Shown here: positions 1-8,435 of the stretch, one piece after another
How the letters are laid out: each line of letters begins with the position of its first letter
Numbering within the stretch: the stretch's first letter is position 1
Source of the DNA: an uncultured Candidatus Saccharibacteria bacterium
Lineage (GTDB): Bacteria > Patescibacteriota > Saccharimonadia > Saccharimonadales > CAIOMD01
Length of the DNA: 33,146 bases
Assembly (NCBI GenBank): GCA_964426305.1
Contig: CAYRPO010000002.1
Location: 1-33,146, forward strand
Direction: 5' to 3'
Position numbers and translations under genes: made by a program
Notes under the pieces: generated by a model
The model's input: only the letters and a program-made list of their open reading frames with translations
Database searches by the model: none
Told to the model about the DNA's origin: nothing

Positions 1-305
1 CGCACACTCAAGAAAGTAAGCCCGATCAATACAGGATCAATCTCATTGGACGTTTAGCATTACTCGAAGCTCGATATGGCGGTCGACTACGTTCTCTGAG
101 GTTGGGATTACAAGCAGCGTGGTTTGCGCTAAAGAGCGAATCAGTAAGACTTGCGGCGTACGCCGATCCGAGCCTATCGACCAAAGCGCGATATCAAGCC
201 AAGGCCAAAGCGACCGTTCGCGCAGCAGGAGTACCGCTGGTCGTCCTTGCGCGAAGCACTGGAGTTGATCGTGATGCGACACTCATCACAGATCGACTCA
301 TGTAG
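1..305 (+). CDS. 3' end of a hypothetical protein gene entering from upstream of the window (partial)
   Basis: The frame beginning at nt 3 is open for 100 codons up to TAG 303-305 and abuts the convergent xth stop (316). No motif recognised. The antisense ORF 43..282 is also open, so the strand call is weak. Confidence 0.3.
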   Translation, partial: HTQESKPDQYRINLIGRLALLEARYGGRLRSLRLGLQAAWFALKSESVRLAAYADPSLSTKARYQAKAKATVRAAGVPLVVLARSTGVDRDATLITDRLM

Positions 306-315
306 GCTCTGTGGT

Positions 316-1116
316 TTACATGTCAATTTCGACACTCACTGGACAGTGATCACTACCCATGACATTGGCATGAATTTGAGCATTTTTAAGCTTGTCTTTT
401 AGACTTGCAGACACCAAAAAATAATCGATGCGCCAACCGACATTACGGGCTCGGGCATTGGCCCAGTGTGTCCACCAGGTGTAATGACCATTGCCGGTAG
501 GCGTGAACAGGCGAAACGTGTCAACAAAGCCTGCGTCCAGGAACTTCTGAAACCCTTCGCGCTCTTCGTTGGTGAATCCATGTTTACCTACATTTGCTTT
601 GGGGTTGGCAAGGTCGTCTTCGCTGTAAGCGACATTCAGGTCGCCACTAAAAACCACTGGCTTGGTTTGCTCTAGGTGTTGCACGTACGCCAAAAACCCG
701 GGGTCCCACGTTATGTGGCGCAGGCCAAGTCGCGACAGGTCGCCCTTGCTGTTCGGCGTGTAGACAGTGACGTAGTAAAAATTGTCATATTCTGCAGTGG
801 TAATGCGCCCTTCGCGCAAGGGGTCGCCGTATGAATCGGCAAATGGCCCAAACCGCTCGCTAATTTCTGCTGGTATATCGTATGTGACGTTTACAGGCTT
901 GATCTTGCTAAAAATTGCCGTGCCACTGTAGCCTTTTTTTGCGGCACTGTTCCAAAATTCTGTGTACTGTGGCAGGTCAATTGTCGCTTGCCCCTGTTCT
1001 GCCTTGGTCTCTTGCAGGCCAAGTATGTCAGGCTGATGCTCGGCTACAAATTGCTGAAACGTGCCTTTACTTACAACCGCCCGGATGCCGTTTACGTTCC
1101 AACTGTATAATTTCAT
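316..1116 (-). CDS. xth: Exodeoxyribonuclease III / AP endonuclease
   Basis: Translation from ATG 1116 (MKLYSWNVNGIRA...) carries ExoIII hallmarks WNVNG, LQETK and a C-terminal SDHCPV. The 30 extra N-terminal codons of the track ORF (to 1206) look non-coding. TGcTATGCT lies 6 nt upstream of the ATG. Confidence 0.9.
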   Translation of the reverse strand: MKLYSWNVNGIRAVVSKGTFQQFVAEHQPDILGLQETKAEQGQATIDLPQYTEFWNSAAKKGYSGTAIFSKIKPVNVTYDIPAEISERFGPFADSYGDPLREGRITTAEYDNFYYVTVYTPNSKGDLSRLGLRHITWDPGFLAYVQHLEQTKPVVFSGDLNVAYSEDDLANPKANVGKHGFTNEEREGFQKFLDAGFVDTFRLFTPTGNGHYTWWTHWANARARNVGWRIDYFLVSASLKDKLKNAQIHANVMGSDHCPVSVEIDM

Positions 1117-1556
1117 GTATGTAGCATAGCAGAAAATAACTGTTGATTTTCGCATAAAAAGCAGTAGGCTAGATGTTGTCGTACATGTCGAGTGAGCGGA
1201 GGGCAAGATGACGAAGTCTCTGGACGGAGCATCTATGGAGGTATGGAGTCAAGCACTCCCAAGGATCTTCAGGAGCTCCAATAGCAGCGGTATTGCGTTT
1301 ACAACAGAACCAATCAGGCTGAGTATCCTTGTTCAGGCACGTCTCGGCACTTCCGTAGACGTTCTGATGATTCCCGAGGGGACCGAAGGTTTACTTCCCT
1401 GACAAGTCTGAACCCACGTCTCGCAGTGCGGGTCGAGCAATTGCGTACCTGTATGGCCAGGACCTGATCATAACCATCAAGCGGTACTCGGGCGAGGTGC
1501 AATACCGCAAACTACCAAAGGGCACCCCTGCCCGTGGACACGTTTGACCATGTACG

Positions 1557-1593
1557 AAAAGGCACGAGTGATCATCCCGATCCCGTGCCTTTT
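1557..1593. terminator. Weak bidirectional hairpin (aaaaGGCACG-17 nt-CGTGCCtttt)
   Basis: A 6-bp GC stem is flanked by an A-run and a T-run (10 bp if the A:U pairs form). It is followed by ttttctcttttc on the plus strand and ttttcg on the minus strand. Confidence 0.35.
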
Positions 1594-1742
1594 CTCTTTT
1601 CTGCGCCGATCCTGTCGACACATATACTTCACAAAACTTTCAAAACGCATTGAAAACTTTATGAAGCAGACAAGCTAAGAGTATTTTCCCGGAGGGCCGG
1701 GCGGGTTTGGCATCACTGTCTCCCCCGCCCGGACCATCCAGA

Positions 1743-3476
1743 CTATTGCTGCGACCCCGCCAGTCGCTTCTGGAGCTCGTTGCTGAGCTGCGAGATGCAG
1801 TTGGCGAGATCGGCCTCGCTCAGCTGGCTGGGCTGAGAGCAGTTGAGGCCAGTGCTGTCGTTGTTGCCCGAAGGCGACTCAGACGGTGGTTCTCCGGTGT
1901 TGGTCTGCGTGTCGCCAGAGATGTTGTACACCACGGGCTGGATACGGGCGTCGGAATCGATAACGATCCGGTAGATGACACGAGCGTTTCGTTCTGCGAA
2001 CACCTGCCAGGTGTTCGCATCAATCGGGAGGAACTCCACGATCGAACCAGGCTTCTCGCCGGTGAAGAATCCAGCATTCTTGTCGCTTACGGACTGAATG
2101 ACCCGAGACTCCAGGTCGTCCAGGTTTGCCACGATGGCATCGTCGTTGGCCACGTAGACCCGCTGCTCGTTGAGCTGGCCAGCTGTGGCCTGGTCGGCCG
2201 GTACGATGCTGAAGGCAGTGAGCTGCTGGCTGTCCGAGGACCGTGGGGTTAACGGGTTCACCCAATAGATCCGGCCATCTGTGGTATTGCGGAGCAAGTA
2301 GTTGCCGTTGTTGCTGGCCTGCGAGCTGACGTTGGTCCGCTCAAAGCCGAACTGCAGACGGTTCTTATTCTTGCGCCCAGCCTGCCACTCGATGGCGCTG
2401 ATTTGCTGATCCACTAGTGACGAGCTGTATGCCGGTCCGGGCAGTTCGCCTGCCTTGACACTGGTGCGATGCTCGATCGTGGGCTCACCCGAAGGCGAGC
2501 CGGAGATAATGAGCACGCCAGCGCTCCGCGTTGTGGTGCGGTTGCTGAAGGCTTTCTGCTCGACAACAGGGATGACGATGGTCGCTTGACCGTTGTTGCA
2601 GTAGCCCCACATGTCAGCGGGGACATACAGCAACTCGCGGTACTTGTGAGCGATGAGGTCCGAAAGGTTCCGTCCCCACTTCCCGTCGAACGCGTAGTTG
2701 ATGGCGTTGTTGCTATCGAACTTGCATGAGGTCGGCTGCTTGCGACTGCCGTCCCACTCGACGACACCCCACACAGGGGTTTTGTTGTGGCCGTCGCGGA
2801 TTGCCGTCCACGCACCCGTCCCCTCGTTGCCATACACGTACGACAGCGAATCGGAGAGCAGGTAGGTGTTCGGGATTGAACCGCTGGTGCGGGACATGAC
2901 GATATCGGCACCACGTGCGCTTGCGACGCGTTGCTCCCAGGTGTAGTCGAAGTTGCCCTCGACGATCTTTCCGGGTACGTCGTGGATGCCCACGATGGCG
3001 TTGTCGACAACCGTAGCGCCTTCAGTCAGTGGCTTCATTGCGCTCGGCAGGTTGCTGATGTCCGAGACGACGAAGTTGGTGCTGCCCGCGAATGAGCGTG
3101 CACCATCCTTGTCGTTGTTCCAGAGGCTGATTAAGCCCCCGACGAGACCGAGTGCCAGCGCCGAGGCGGCGATGACTGCAGCGAGCAATTCTGCCCGCTT
3201 CTTCTCGCGGTTGGCGATGAACGCCGCGATGCCCAGCACGTAGATCGCCAGGACGATGAAGCCCCAGACTGTGCTGTGCAGGATGTTCCAGCCGGACGGC
3301 CAGATCTGCCGCGATGCGAACGCCACAGTGAACGCTTGCCAGAAGCGAGCGCCAGTGTCTTGGATGTGGCCGAAGTACAGCCAAAGCCCGCCTAGGACGA
3401 TTGAGATGATGATGGCGACGCCTATGATCGGCGCCCAGGGGGTGTATCCCCTCGAACCATACCTGTTCATGTTCAT
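1743..3476 (-). CDS. Multi-pass membrane protein with large extracytoplasmic domain (hypothetical)
   Basis: 577-aa ORF with ATG 3476 preceded by AAGGAAG. It has four N-terminal hydrophobic helices (e.g. WAPIIGVAIIISIVLGGLWLYFG, LLAAVIAASALALGLVGGLISLW) followed by about 430 aa of soluble domain. It is visibly G+C-richer than its neighbours, and all long overlapping ORFs are shadow frames. Confidence 0.8.
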   Translation of the reverse strand: MNMNRYGSRGYTPWAPIIGVAIIISIVLGGLWLYFGHIQDTGARFWQAFTVAFASRQIWPSGWNILHSTVWGFIVLAIYVLGIAAFIANREKKRAELLAAVIAASALALGLVGGLISLWNNDKDGARSFAGSTNFVVSDISNLPSAMKPLTEGATVVDNAIVGIHDVPGKIVEGNFDYTWEQRVASARGADIVMSRTSGSIPNTYLLSDSLSYVYGNEGTGAWTAIRDGHNKTPVWGVVEWDGSRKQPTSCKFDSNNAINYAFDGKWGRNLSDLIAHKYRELLYVPADMWGYCNNGQATIVIPVVEQKAFSNRTTTRSAGVLIISGSPSGEPTIEHRTSVKAGELPGPAYSSSLVDQQISAIEWQAGRKNKNRLQFGFERTNVSSQASNNGNYLLRNTTDGRIYWVNPLTPRSSDSQQLTAFSIVPADQATAGQLNEQRVYVANDDAIVANLDDLESRVIQSVSDKNAGFFTGEKPGSIVEFLPIDANTWQVFAERNARVIYRIVIDSDARIQPVVYNISGDTQTNTGEPPSESPSGNNDSTGLNCSQPSQLSEADLANCISQLSNELQKRLAGSQQ

Positions 3477-3510
3477 GCTCTTCCTTGTCTGTGCCGGTAA
3501 TACGCTTCCC

Positions 3511-3559
3511 GGGTCACATCCTATCTTTTAAATATGTAATAAAAGATAAAATGTGACCC
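3511..3559. promoter_or_regulatory. Imperfect 49-nt inverted repeat just upstream of the 577-aa gene
   Basis: GGGTCACAT(3511-3519)/ATGTGACCC(3551-3559) plus ATCTTTT(3523-3529)/AAAAGAT(3541-3547), with an 11-nt loop. It lies 35 nt upstream of ATG 3476 at the G+C-rich/A+T-rich transition. Confidence 0.4.
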
Positions 3560-4001
3560 AGGATTGTTTAACTCTTAGCTTGTCAAAGTGCATGGGGCGT
3601 AATGACGCCGCCAATTGCTTGAAGTACAGGTTATGTACTCCACGAAAATCTTGTAACAAAAGATCTTTGTGAAATACACATGCGTTGATTTTTTGCATGC
3701 AGCAAACAGTGCAGCTTACAGATAAGACTGTAGGCAGGCGTAATAGCTACAATACCCAATAGATCGCAGCAAACTATAAAATAACACTAAATATGCAATA
3801 AGTCAATTATATGACCTCAGTTGCATATAGATCATCACATTACCACTTCACAACGAAAAGCCAAGAAACAATGACCTCTGTAAAAATACTATAGAGCGTC
3901 TATCTTGTCTGGCGTACTGCCGTAAAACTATAGCTTCCCAATTTGCTAACTGGGCACCTTAGTGTAAAGAGTTCGGTGCACACTTTGGAAATCAGGAAAG
4001 A

Positions 4002-4029
4002 TTCAAAATAGGGTTCTTATTGATATAAT
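4002..4029 (+). promoter_or_regulatory. Sigma70-type promoter with extended -10 (TTCAAA-16 nt-TGaTATAAT)
   Basis: TATAAT at 4024-4029 is preceded by TGa, with TTCAAA at 4002-4007. The ATG at 4042 lies only 12 nt after the -10 and has no SD, implying a very short or absent leader. Confidence 0.45.
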
Positions 4030-4041
4030 TTGTAGATTGTT

Positions 4042-4770
4042 ATGAAGAAAGCATTACTGTTGCAGTTGCGCGAAGATTCGCGGCCAAATCAAAACGAATA
4101 TGAGGCGGTTTTGCGTCATGGCGGCCTAGATTCGCGACAAGTTCAGCGAGTGCAGATGCACGTTGAGGATTTTGATGATCTTGACATGCACGACTATGCG
4201 GCGGTGATCGTGGGTGGCGGTCCGTATGACGTCAGCAAGCCTGTCGACGGCAAAACAGCGCGCCAGCAATATGTCGAGATGACGCTCAAAAAGCACATAG
4301 ACACCATCTATGAGTATGATATTCCGTATATGGGGATTTGCTATGGTCTGGGCGTCTTGGTTGATTCGCTTGGAGGTGTTGTCAGCTCGGACTATACCGA
4401 AGCCGTAGGACCTATTAATTTACAACTAACCGACGCCGGCCGAGAAGACCGGCTATTTTCAGCGTGTCACATGGCTGCAGCATTAGTTGGTCATCATGAG
4501 GGCATACGTCAGTTGCCTCATGGCGCTGTTTTGCTGGCAAGTTCTAGTACCTGCCCAGTGCAAGCCATACGAGTTAAACAAAACATATATGGTTTACAAT
4601 TTCATCCAGAGCTAGACACTGTTGGGCTTGCTATTCGACTGGAGGCATACAAGCATCACGGATATTTTAAGCCCGAAGAGTTTGATGAGATTATGGATTC
4701 TGCAAGCATTGTTAGCTTGAGTCAGGCGCATCAAGTTGTACGAGTGTTTTGTCAAAAATTCACCGATTAA
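4042..4770 (+). CDS. Class I (type 1) glutamine amidotransferase-like protein
   Basis: Nucleophile elbow MGICYGLGVL and the downstream LQFHPE (His-Glu of the triad). 242 aa. Confidence 0.85.
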   Translation: MKKALLLQLREDSRPNQNEYEAVLRHGGLDSRQVQRVQMHVEDFDDLDMHDYAAVIVGGGPYDVSKPVDGKTARQQYVEMTLKKHIDTIYEYDIPYMGICYGLGVLVDSLGGVVSSDYTEAVGPINLQLTDAGREDRLFSACHMAAALVGHHEGIRQLPHGAVLLASSSTCPVQAIRVKQNIYGLQFHPELDTVGLAIRLEAYKHHGYFKPEEFDEIMDSASIVSLSQAHQVVRVFCQKFTD

Positions 4771-4797
4771 TCATGTATGGTGCTATATACTAGACGT

Positions 4798-5181
4798 ATG
4801 AATAGTAGTGCCCCCGCAACGCGTAAAGACATTGACGATGTGATTGAGCTGATTACTTCTTTTGTGGGAGCTGTAGACACGCGCTTCAATACTTTAGAAG
4901 GCCGCTTTGACAAGCTCGAAGGCCGCTTTGACAAGCTCGAAGGCCGCTTTGACAAGCTAGAGCTACAAATGGTACAGGTGCTTGAGCGATTAGACGTGCT
5001 CGAATCAGAACAACAGGCACTACGGAACGACATACGTTCGATTTTTGATATGCTTGACCAGATCGCCAAGCGGCAAGAAGTAAACGATGATGAGCGGTTG
5101 GTTATGGGTCATCAGTTGGATAGGCTTGATCGTTGGGTGCATGAAGTGGCCAACAAAATCGGCCACAAACTTTCTGCTTAG
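4798..5181 (+). CDS. Coiled-coil hypothetical protein with triplicated LEGRFDK heptad
   Basis: The ORF runs 4777..5181. I prefer the ATG at 4798 because TGcTATATA (4781-4789) lies 8 nt upstream, giving a leaderless arrangement. The sequence is heptad-rich and helical, and no enzymatic motif was seen. Confidence 0.65.
   Translation: MNSSAPATRKDIDDVIELITSFVGAVDTRFNTLEGRFDKLEGRFDKLEGRFDKLELQMVQVLERLDVLESEQQALRNDIRSIFDMLDQIAKRQEVNDDERLVMGHQLDRLDRWVHEVANKIGHKLSA
4897..4959 (+). repeat. Three tandem copies of a 21-bp unit GAAGGCCGCTTTGACAAGCTC
   Basis: Copies 4897-4917 and 4918-4938 are identical, and 4939-4959 differs only at its last base. The repeat is in frame and encodes EGRFDKL x3. Confidence 0.95.
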
Positions 5182-5190
5182 ACCAAAATA

Positions 5191-5661
5191 CTAGCGGTGC
5201 TTTATGTCACGGGCTATGTCACGGCTGATGTCTTGTTTTTTAATGTTCGCGCGCTTGTCGTATTTCTTTTGGCCGCGTCCGGGTGCAATGACAATTTTTA
5301 TGTAGCGGCCCTGGGTCAGAAATTTCACCGGTACAATTGTCATGCCCTGTTGTTTCGCTGTCTGTAGTTGTGCAAGTTCGCGCTGCTTTACGAGTAGCTT
5401 GCGAGGACGGGTTTGCGTTTCTTCGGGCAGATGTGCGCGGTTTGTGATGAGCGGCGTAATTGTCGCGTTGTACAGCCACAGCTCGTCGTCTTTGATGTTA
5501 GCAAATGCGCCACGCAGATGACCATGTCCCATGCGCAAAGACTTGGTTTCGGGGCCAGTCAAGACAATGCCGGCTACGATGTCGGCTTGTAAATTGTAGT
5601 CGAAGTTGGCGCGTCGATTGACAATTGATTTTACTGGCGGTTTCTTTGATGACTTGGCCAT
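5191..5661 (-). CDS. smpB: SsrA-binding protein SmpB
   Basis: From ATG 5661: MAKSSKKPPVKSIVNRRANFDYNL...GIVLTGPETKSLR...LWLYNATITP...RPRKLLVKQRELAQL, the typical SmpB layout. The longer track ORF (to 5886) overlaps the upstream gene. Confidence 0.9.
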   Translation of the reverse strand: MAKSSKKPPVKSIVNRRANFDYNLQADIVAGIVLTGPETKSLRMGHGHLRGAFANIKDDELWLYNATITPLITNRAHLPEETQTRPRKLLVKQRELAQLQTAKQQGMTIVPVKFLTQGRYIKIVIAPGRGQKKYDKRANIKKQDISRDIARDIKHR

Positions 5662-5704
5662 AACGGCTCTATTGTACCCTACTACGACAAAGTCAGCATG
5701 TTGC

Positions 5705-6859
5705 CTAGGGGTTTTGACCGTCGTCGAGTGCTGTGCCGCTGAGTTTTGCGTTCTTGACGGTGTTCCATAGACTTGGGTCGTCGAACTTGACTTTGCGCCA
5801 GTACCACCATTCGCCACCCCATAGGTCAATATCTCGAAAACCGGTTGCTTCGCCATAGTCGATGCGTTCTTGTAAGCGTTTGGCATTCATGCTTTTGTCT
5901 TGTTCAGCAATGCTTGCGTCTTTGACTGCCATGGGGGGCCATGGCTCGGCTTGGAGCTCGTGCAACATGCTAGATCGGCCGGTCAAGATTTGCTGTTGAG
6001 CAGCGCGCCAGGCGTAATACCATGACGGAAACGGATACTCAAAGTAACGCTTGGTGATGGTGTAGTCGAATACGCGTTTGTAGACCGACACGCCAACCTG
6101 ATCGGGCAACGGTTCGCTTGTCGCTACACCGAAATAATTGTTTGCGTAGCTGATGATCACGGGAGTTTTGTTGTCCAGGCGTTTTACTAGGTCAAACTCG
6201 CTTTGCAACCGGGAACGCGTGGGCGCAGGACATTCACCAAAAACGGTCAAAAAATGCTCGTTTTCAAGCTGGTAGCTACCCAATACAGGGTTGTCTTTGT
6301 AGCGATCTATGACGGCAGTCATGTATTGTTCCAGCTCGTTGTACCAGGCGGCTTCGTCTTGTTTGTTGCCAACCCAGTCCGGAAAATGGCACTCTGGCCA
6401 GCGGGGCTGTCGCAGCCCAATTGCCAACGTTACCGTACCGCCTACCTCGGCAACGCGCGCAAATTCCCAGTCGAGTTCGCGAAAGTCATACTGGCCGTTG
6501 ACTGGCTCGATATCTTTCCAGTAGCTTACCAGTCGAAAACGGCGAAAGCCGAGATCGTCGCGCAGTGCTAGCATTGTTTCGTGTGGATCTAGGTCAAAGT
6601 ACCGAGCATAGTTTGGTATGAACGTCACGCCCCAGGTGAGCGGTTCGTCGGCATGCTGTTTTTGGTACCAATATGCCAGCGCATACGCCTGTGCCGTAAA
6701 CAGCACCAAAAAAGCAGTCAAACACAGCAGTATACGCTGCCATATTCTGCGCTGTTTCCACCAGGCAATTGCTCTGGCGACCATGCTCGAATTCAGTCGT
6801 TTCTTAGACTTGCGTGGTACTTTTTTGCTGGTATGTGTGGTTGACTTATTGGCTGACAT
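5705..6859 (-). CDS. Membrane-anchored clan GH-A (TIM-barrel) glycoside hydrolase-like protein
   Basis: Basic N-terminus plus one TM helix (ILLCLTAFLVLFTAQAYALAYW). WKDIEPVNGQYDFRELD is a GH42/GH5-like pattern, and YQLENEH is a candidate acid/base NE motif. Confidence 0.7.
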   Translation of the reverse strand: MSANKSTTHTSKKVPRKSKKRLNSSMVARAIAWWKQRRIWQRILLCLTAFLVLFTAQAYALAYWYQKQHADEPLTWGVTFIPNYARYFDLDPHETMLALRDDLGFRRFRLVSYWKDIEPVNGQYDFRELDWEFARVAEVGGTVTLAIGLRQPRWPECHFPDWVGNKQDEAAWYNELEQYMTAVIDRYKDNPVLGSYQLENEHFLTVFGECPAPTRSRLQSEFDLVKRLDNKTPVIISYANNYFGVATSEPLPDQVGVSVYKRVFDYTITKRYFEYPFPSWYYAWRAAQQQILTGRSSMLHELQAEPWPPMAVKDASIAEQDKSMNAKRLQERIDYGEATGFRDIDLWGGEWWYWRKVKFDDPSLWNTVKNAKLSGTALDDGQNP

Positions 6860-6914
6860 ACAATAGAGCGGCTACGCTTATGCTATTAGTATACATGTAT
6901 AATAAAGGTTACAT

Positions 6915-7787
6915 ATGCGCACAATCACGAACCCTACAATCTCAGTTATTATACCGGCGTACAATGAAGAGGCTAGGATTGCTCCCTGTTTGCGTGCGTT
7001 ACAACAGCAAACAGTTCTCCCGTTTGAGATCATTGTTGTAGATAACAATTCGACTGATCAAACTGCGGCAATTGTGTCGCGATTTCCAAATATTCGGCTT
7101 GTCCATGAGCAAAAACAAGGACTAAGCCATGCCCGAAATCGAGGCTTTGCCGAAGCTAGGGGCGACATATTGGCACGGATTGACGCAGACGCGGTGGTGA
7201 ATAATGACTGGATTGAGCAAGTACAGACATGGTTTTCGCAGCACCCAGATGGAGAGGCCGTAACTGGCTATGGTCGAAGCACTGTTGGATTGACCTCTGA
7301 ACGTATTGGTCGAATCTGGAGCTGGGCGTATCAGAAGCACGTGCAAGGATTTTTTGGTATTCCAATACTCTGGGGTTCAAACATGGCTATGAGTGCTCAG
7401 GCTTGGCGACGTGCTCAAAAATACTGCATCCTTGACGATAGGCTCGTTCACGAAGACCAGGACCTGTCTTTAGCACTAGCATCTGTTGGGGTTCGTGTTG
7501 ACGTGAACCCCGCCATGTTTGTCAATGTTGATTTTGGGGATGTCCAGTATATGGACAAGTTTTTGTCGTACTATCAACGCAAGCATTCGACTCGTCGACT
7601 GTCTGAACAATCTGATCGGCCCCAAGTAGCAACTGTTCATCCGTTGAAGAGGATGATCTTTCAGGTTATAACGTTGCCAATTCTAGGTAGTCATTTTGCA
7701 ATATGCGTATGGAGTTCGTCGACGCGCAGATTTAAAGCAACATACAACGTAGCGCGCAACAGCATAGTGCCTGATGCTATTGAATAG
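6915..7787 (+). CDS. Family 2 glycosyltransferase
   Basis: ISVIIPAYNEE...IIVVDNNSTDQT...ARIDADA are the GT-A/GT2 signature motifs. Confidence 0.85.
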   Translation: MRTITNPTISVIIPAYNEEARIAPCLRALQQQTVLPFEIIVVDNNSTDQTAAIVSRFPNIRLVHEQKQGLSHARNRGFAEARGDILARIDADAVVNNDWIEQVQTWFSQHPDGEAVTGYGRSTVGLTSERIGRIWSWAYQKHVQGFFGIPILWGSNMAMSAQAWRRAQKYCILDDRLVHEDQDLSLALASVGVRVDVNPAMFVNVDFGDVQYMDKFLSYYQRKHSTRRLSEQSDRPQVATVHPLKRMIFQVITLPILGSHFAICVWSSSTRRFKATYNVARNSIVPDAIE

Positions 7788-8376
7788 TATTTGACTTTGG
7801 TCTGTCGCTGTCAGGACTCGTGATCTGGCAGTCACCGCTCCAGACACCCCTTGCCTGTTCGCGCGCTTGTTTGGCGGCCTCACGAAATTCGTCGGCTTTT
7901 GTGAACGGGAAGCTGAGATATGCAAAACCATAACCCTCTTCGATGAGTTTTTTGTTAAATAGTGTGTCGTCGGACAAATACACGTAGCGCAACAGTCTGT
8001 TGTATCGATCGCGGTTTTGGTTCGTTGGGTCAGCCTCAAGCCGGACATTTTGCGTGCTAAGCGTCTTTTTGGTGTAGTCGCTCGCAGCTTTGCCGTAGCA
8101 CTCAACAGGACTGTTTGGCTTGACAGTCTCTGGTGTGTCAACACCGATCATTCGCACTTTTTCGGTTCTTCCATCCATGTCTACACTAAATGTGTCACCG
8201 TCACTCACCTCTACCACCCGATAATATCCCGGCTGGACTGTTGCGGCTTTGGGTAGCTCAATTCGTGGAGCGATGGTTGCAGTGAGTATACTGAGCGCCG
8301 CCAGGCTTGCTAACGACGCAAGTCCTAGTACTACTTTCGGTTTACCGCTTCGTGAATGTTTGGTGCCGAGACTCAT
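7777..8376 (-). CDS. Secreted thermonuclease (SNase/micrococcal nuclease family)
   Basis: From ATG 8376 there is a signal/anchor (VVLGLASLASLAALSILTA). The SNase core follows: DGDTF...VRMIGVDTPE...YGKAAS...DRYNRLLRYVY. The 3' end overlaps the convergent GT2 gene by 11 nt. Confidence 0.85.
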   Translation of the reverse strand: MSLGTKHSRSGKPKVVLGLASLASLAALSILTATIAPRIELPKAATVQPGYYRVVEVSDGDTFSVDMDGRTEKVRMIGVDTPETVKPNSPVECYGKAASDYTKKTLSTQNVRLEADPTNQNRDRYNRLLRYVYLSDDTLFNKKLIEEGYGFAYLSFPFTKADEFREAAKQAREQARGVWSGDCQITSPDSDRPKSNTIQ

Positions 8377-8435
8377 CTGTACCCTATAGTATAGCGCGCT
8401 AGCCAAAAAGGTGCGCAAACTGATATGGTTATATC

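Noticed and set aside
1207-1600. tmRNA (smpB is 4 kb away), RNase P RNA or SRP RNA in the orphan segment
   Set aside because: I found no GGGG...acceptor/T-arm (GGTTCGA-type) plus CCA end for tmRNA on either strand. The RNase P GAGGAAAGTCC box is absent, and only an isolated ACAGAACC occurs in the wrong order. TCAGGTCC on the minus strand lacks the following GGAAGG of SRP RNA.
1707-3384. Long ORFs overlapping the 577-aa gene (1707..2252, 2020..2265, 2414..3010, 2953..3243, 3022..3384)
   Set aside because: These are shadow frames of a G+C-rich gene. Their products are Arg/Ser/Pro/Thr-rich and of low complexity, they have no SDs, and they conflict with one another.
4767-5069. 100-aa antisense ORF with repeated SLSKRPS
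   Set aside because: Its repeat is simply the reverse-complement reading of the 21-bp tandem repeat. The plus-strand coiled-coil frame is longer and continues coherently beyond the repeat.
5662-5886. N-terminal extension of smpB to 5886 (231-aa track ORF)
   Set aside because: The extension overlaps the 3' end of the glycoside-hydrolase gene and has no SmpB-like sequence. Canonical SmpB length is reached from ATG 5661.
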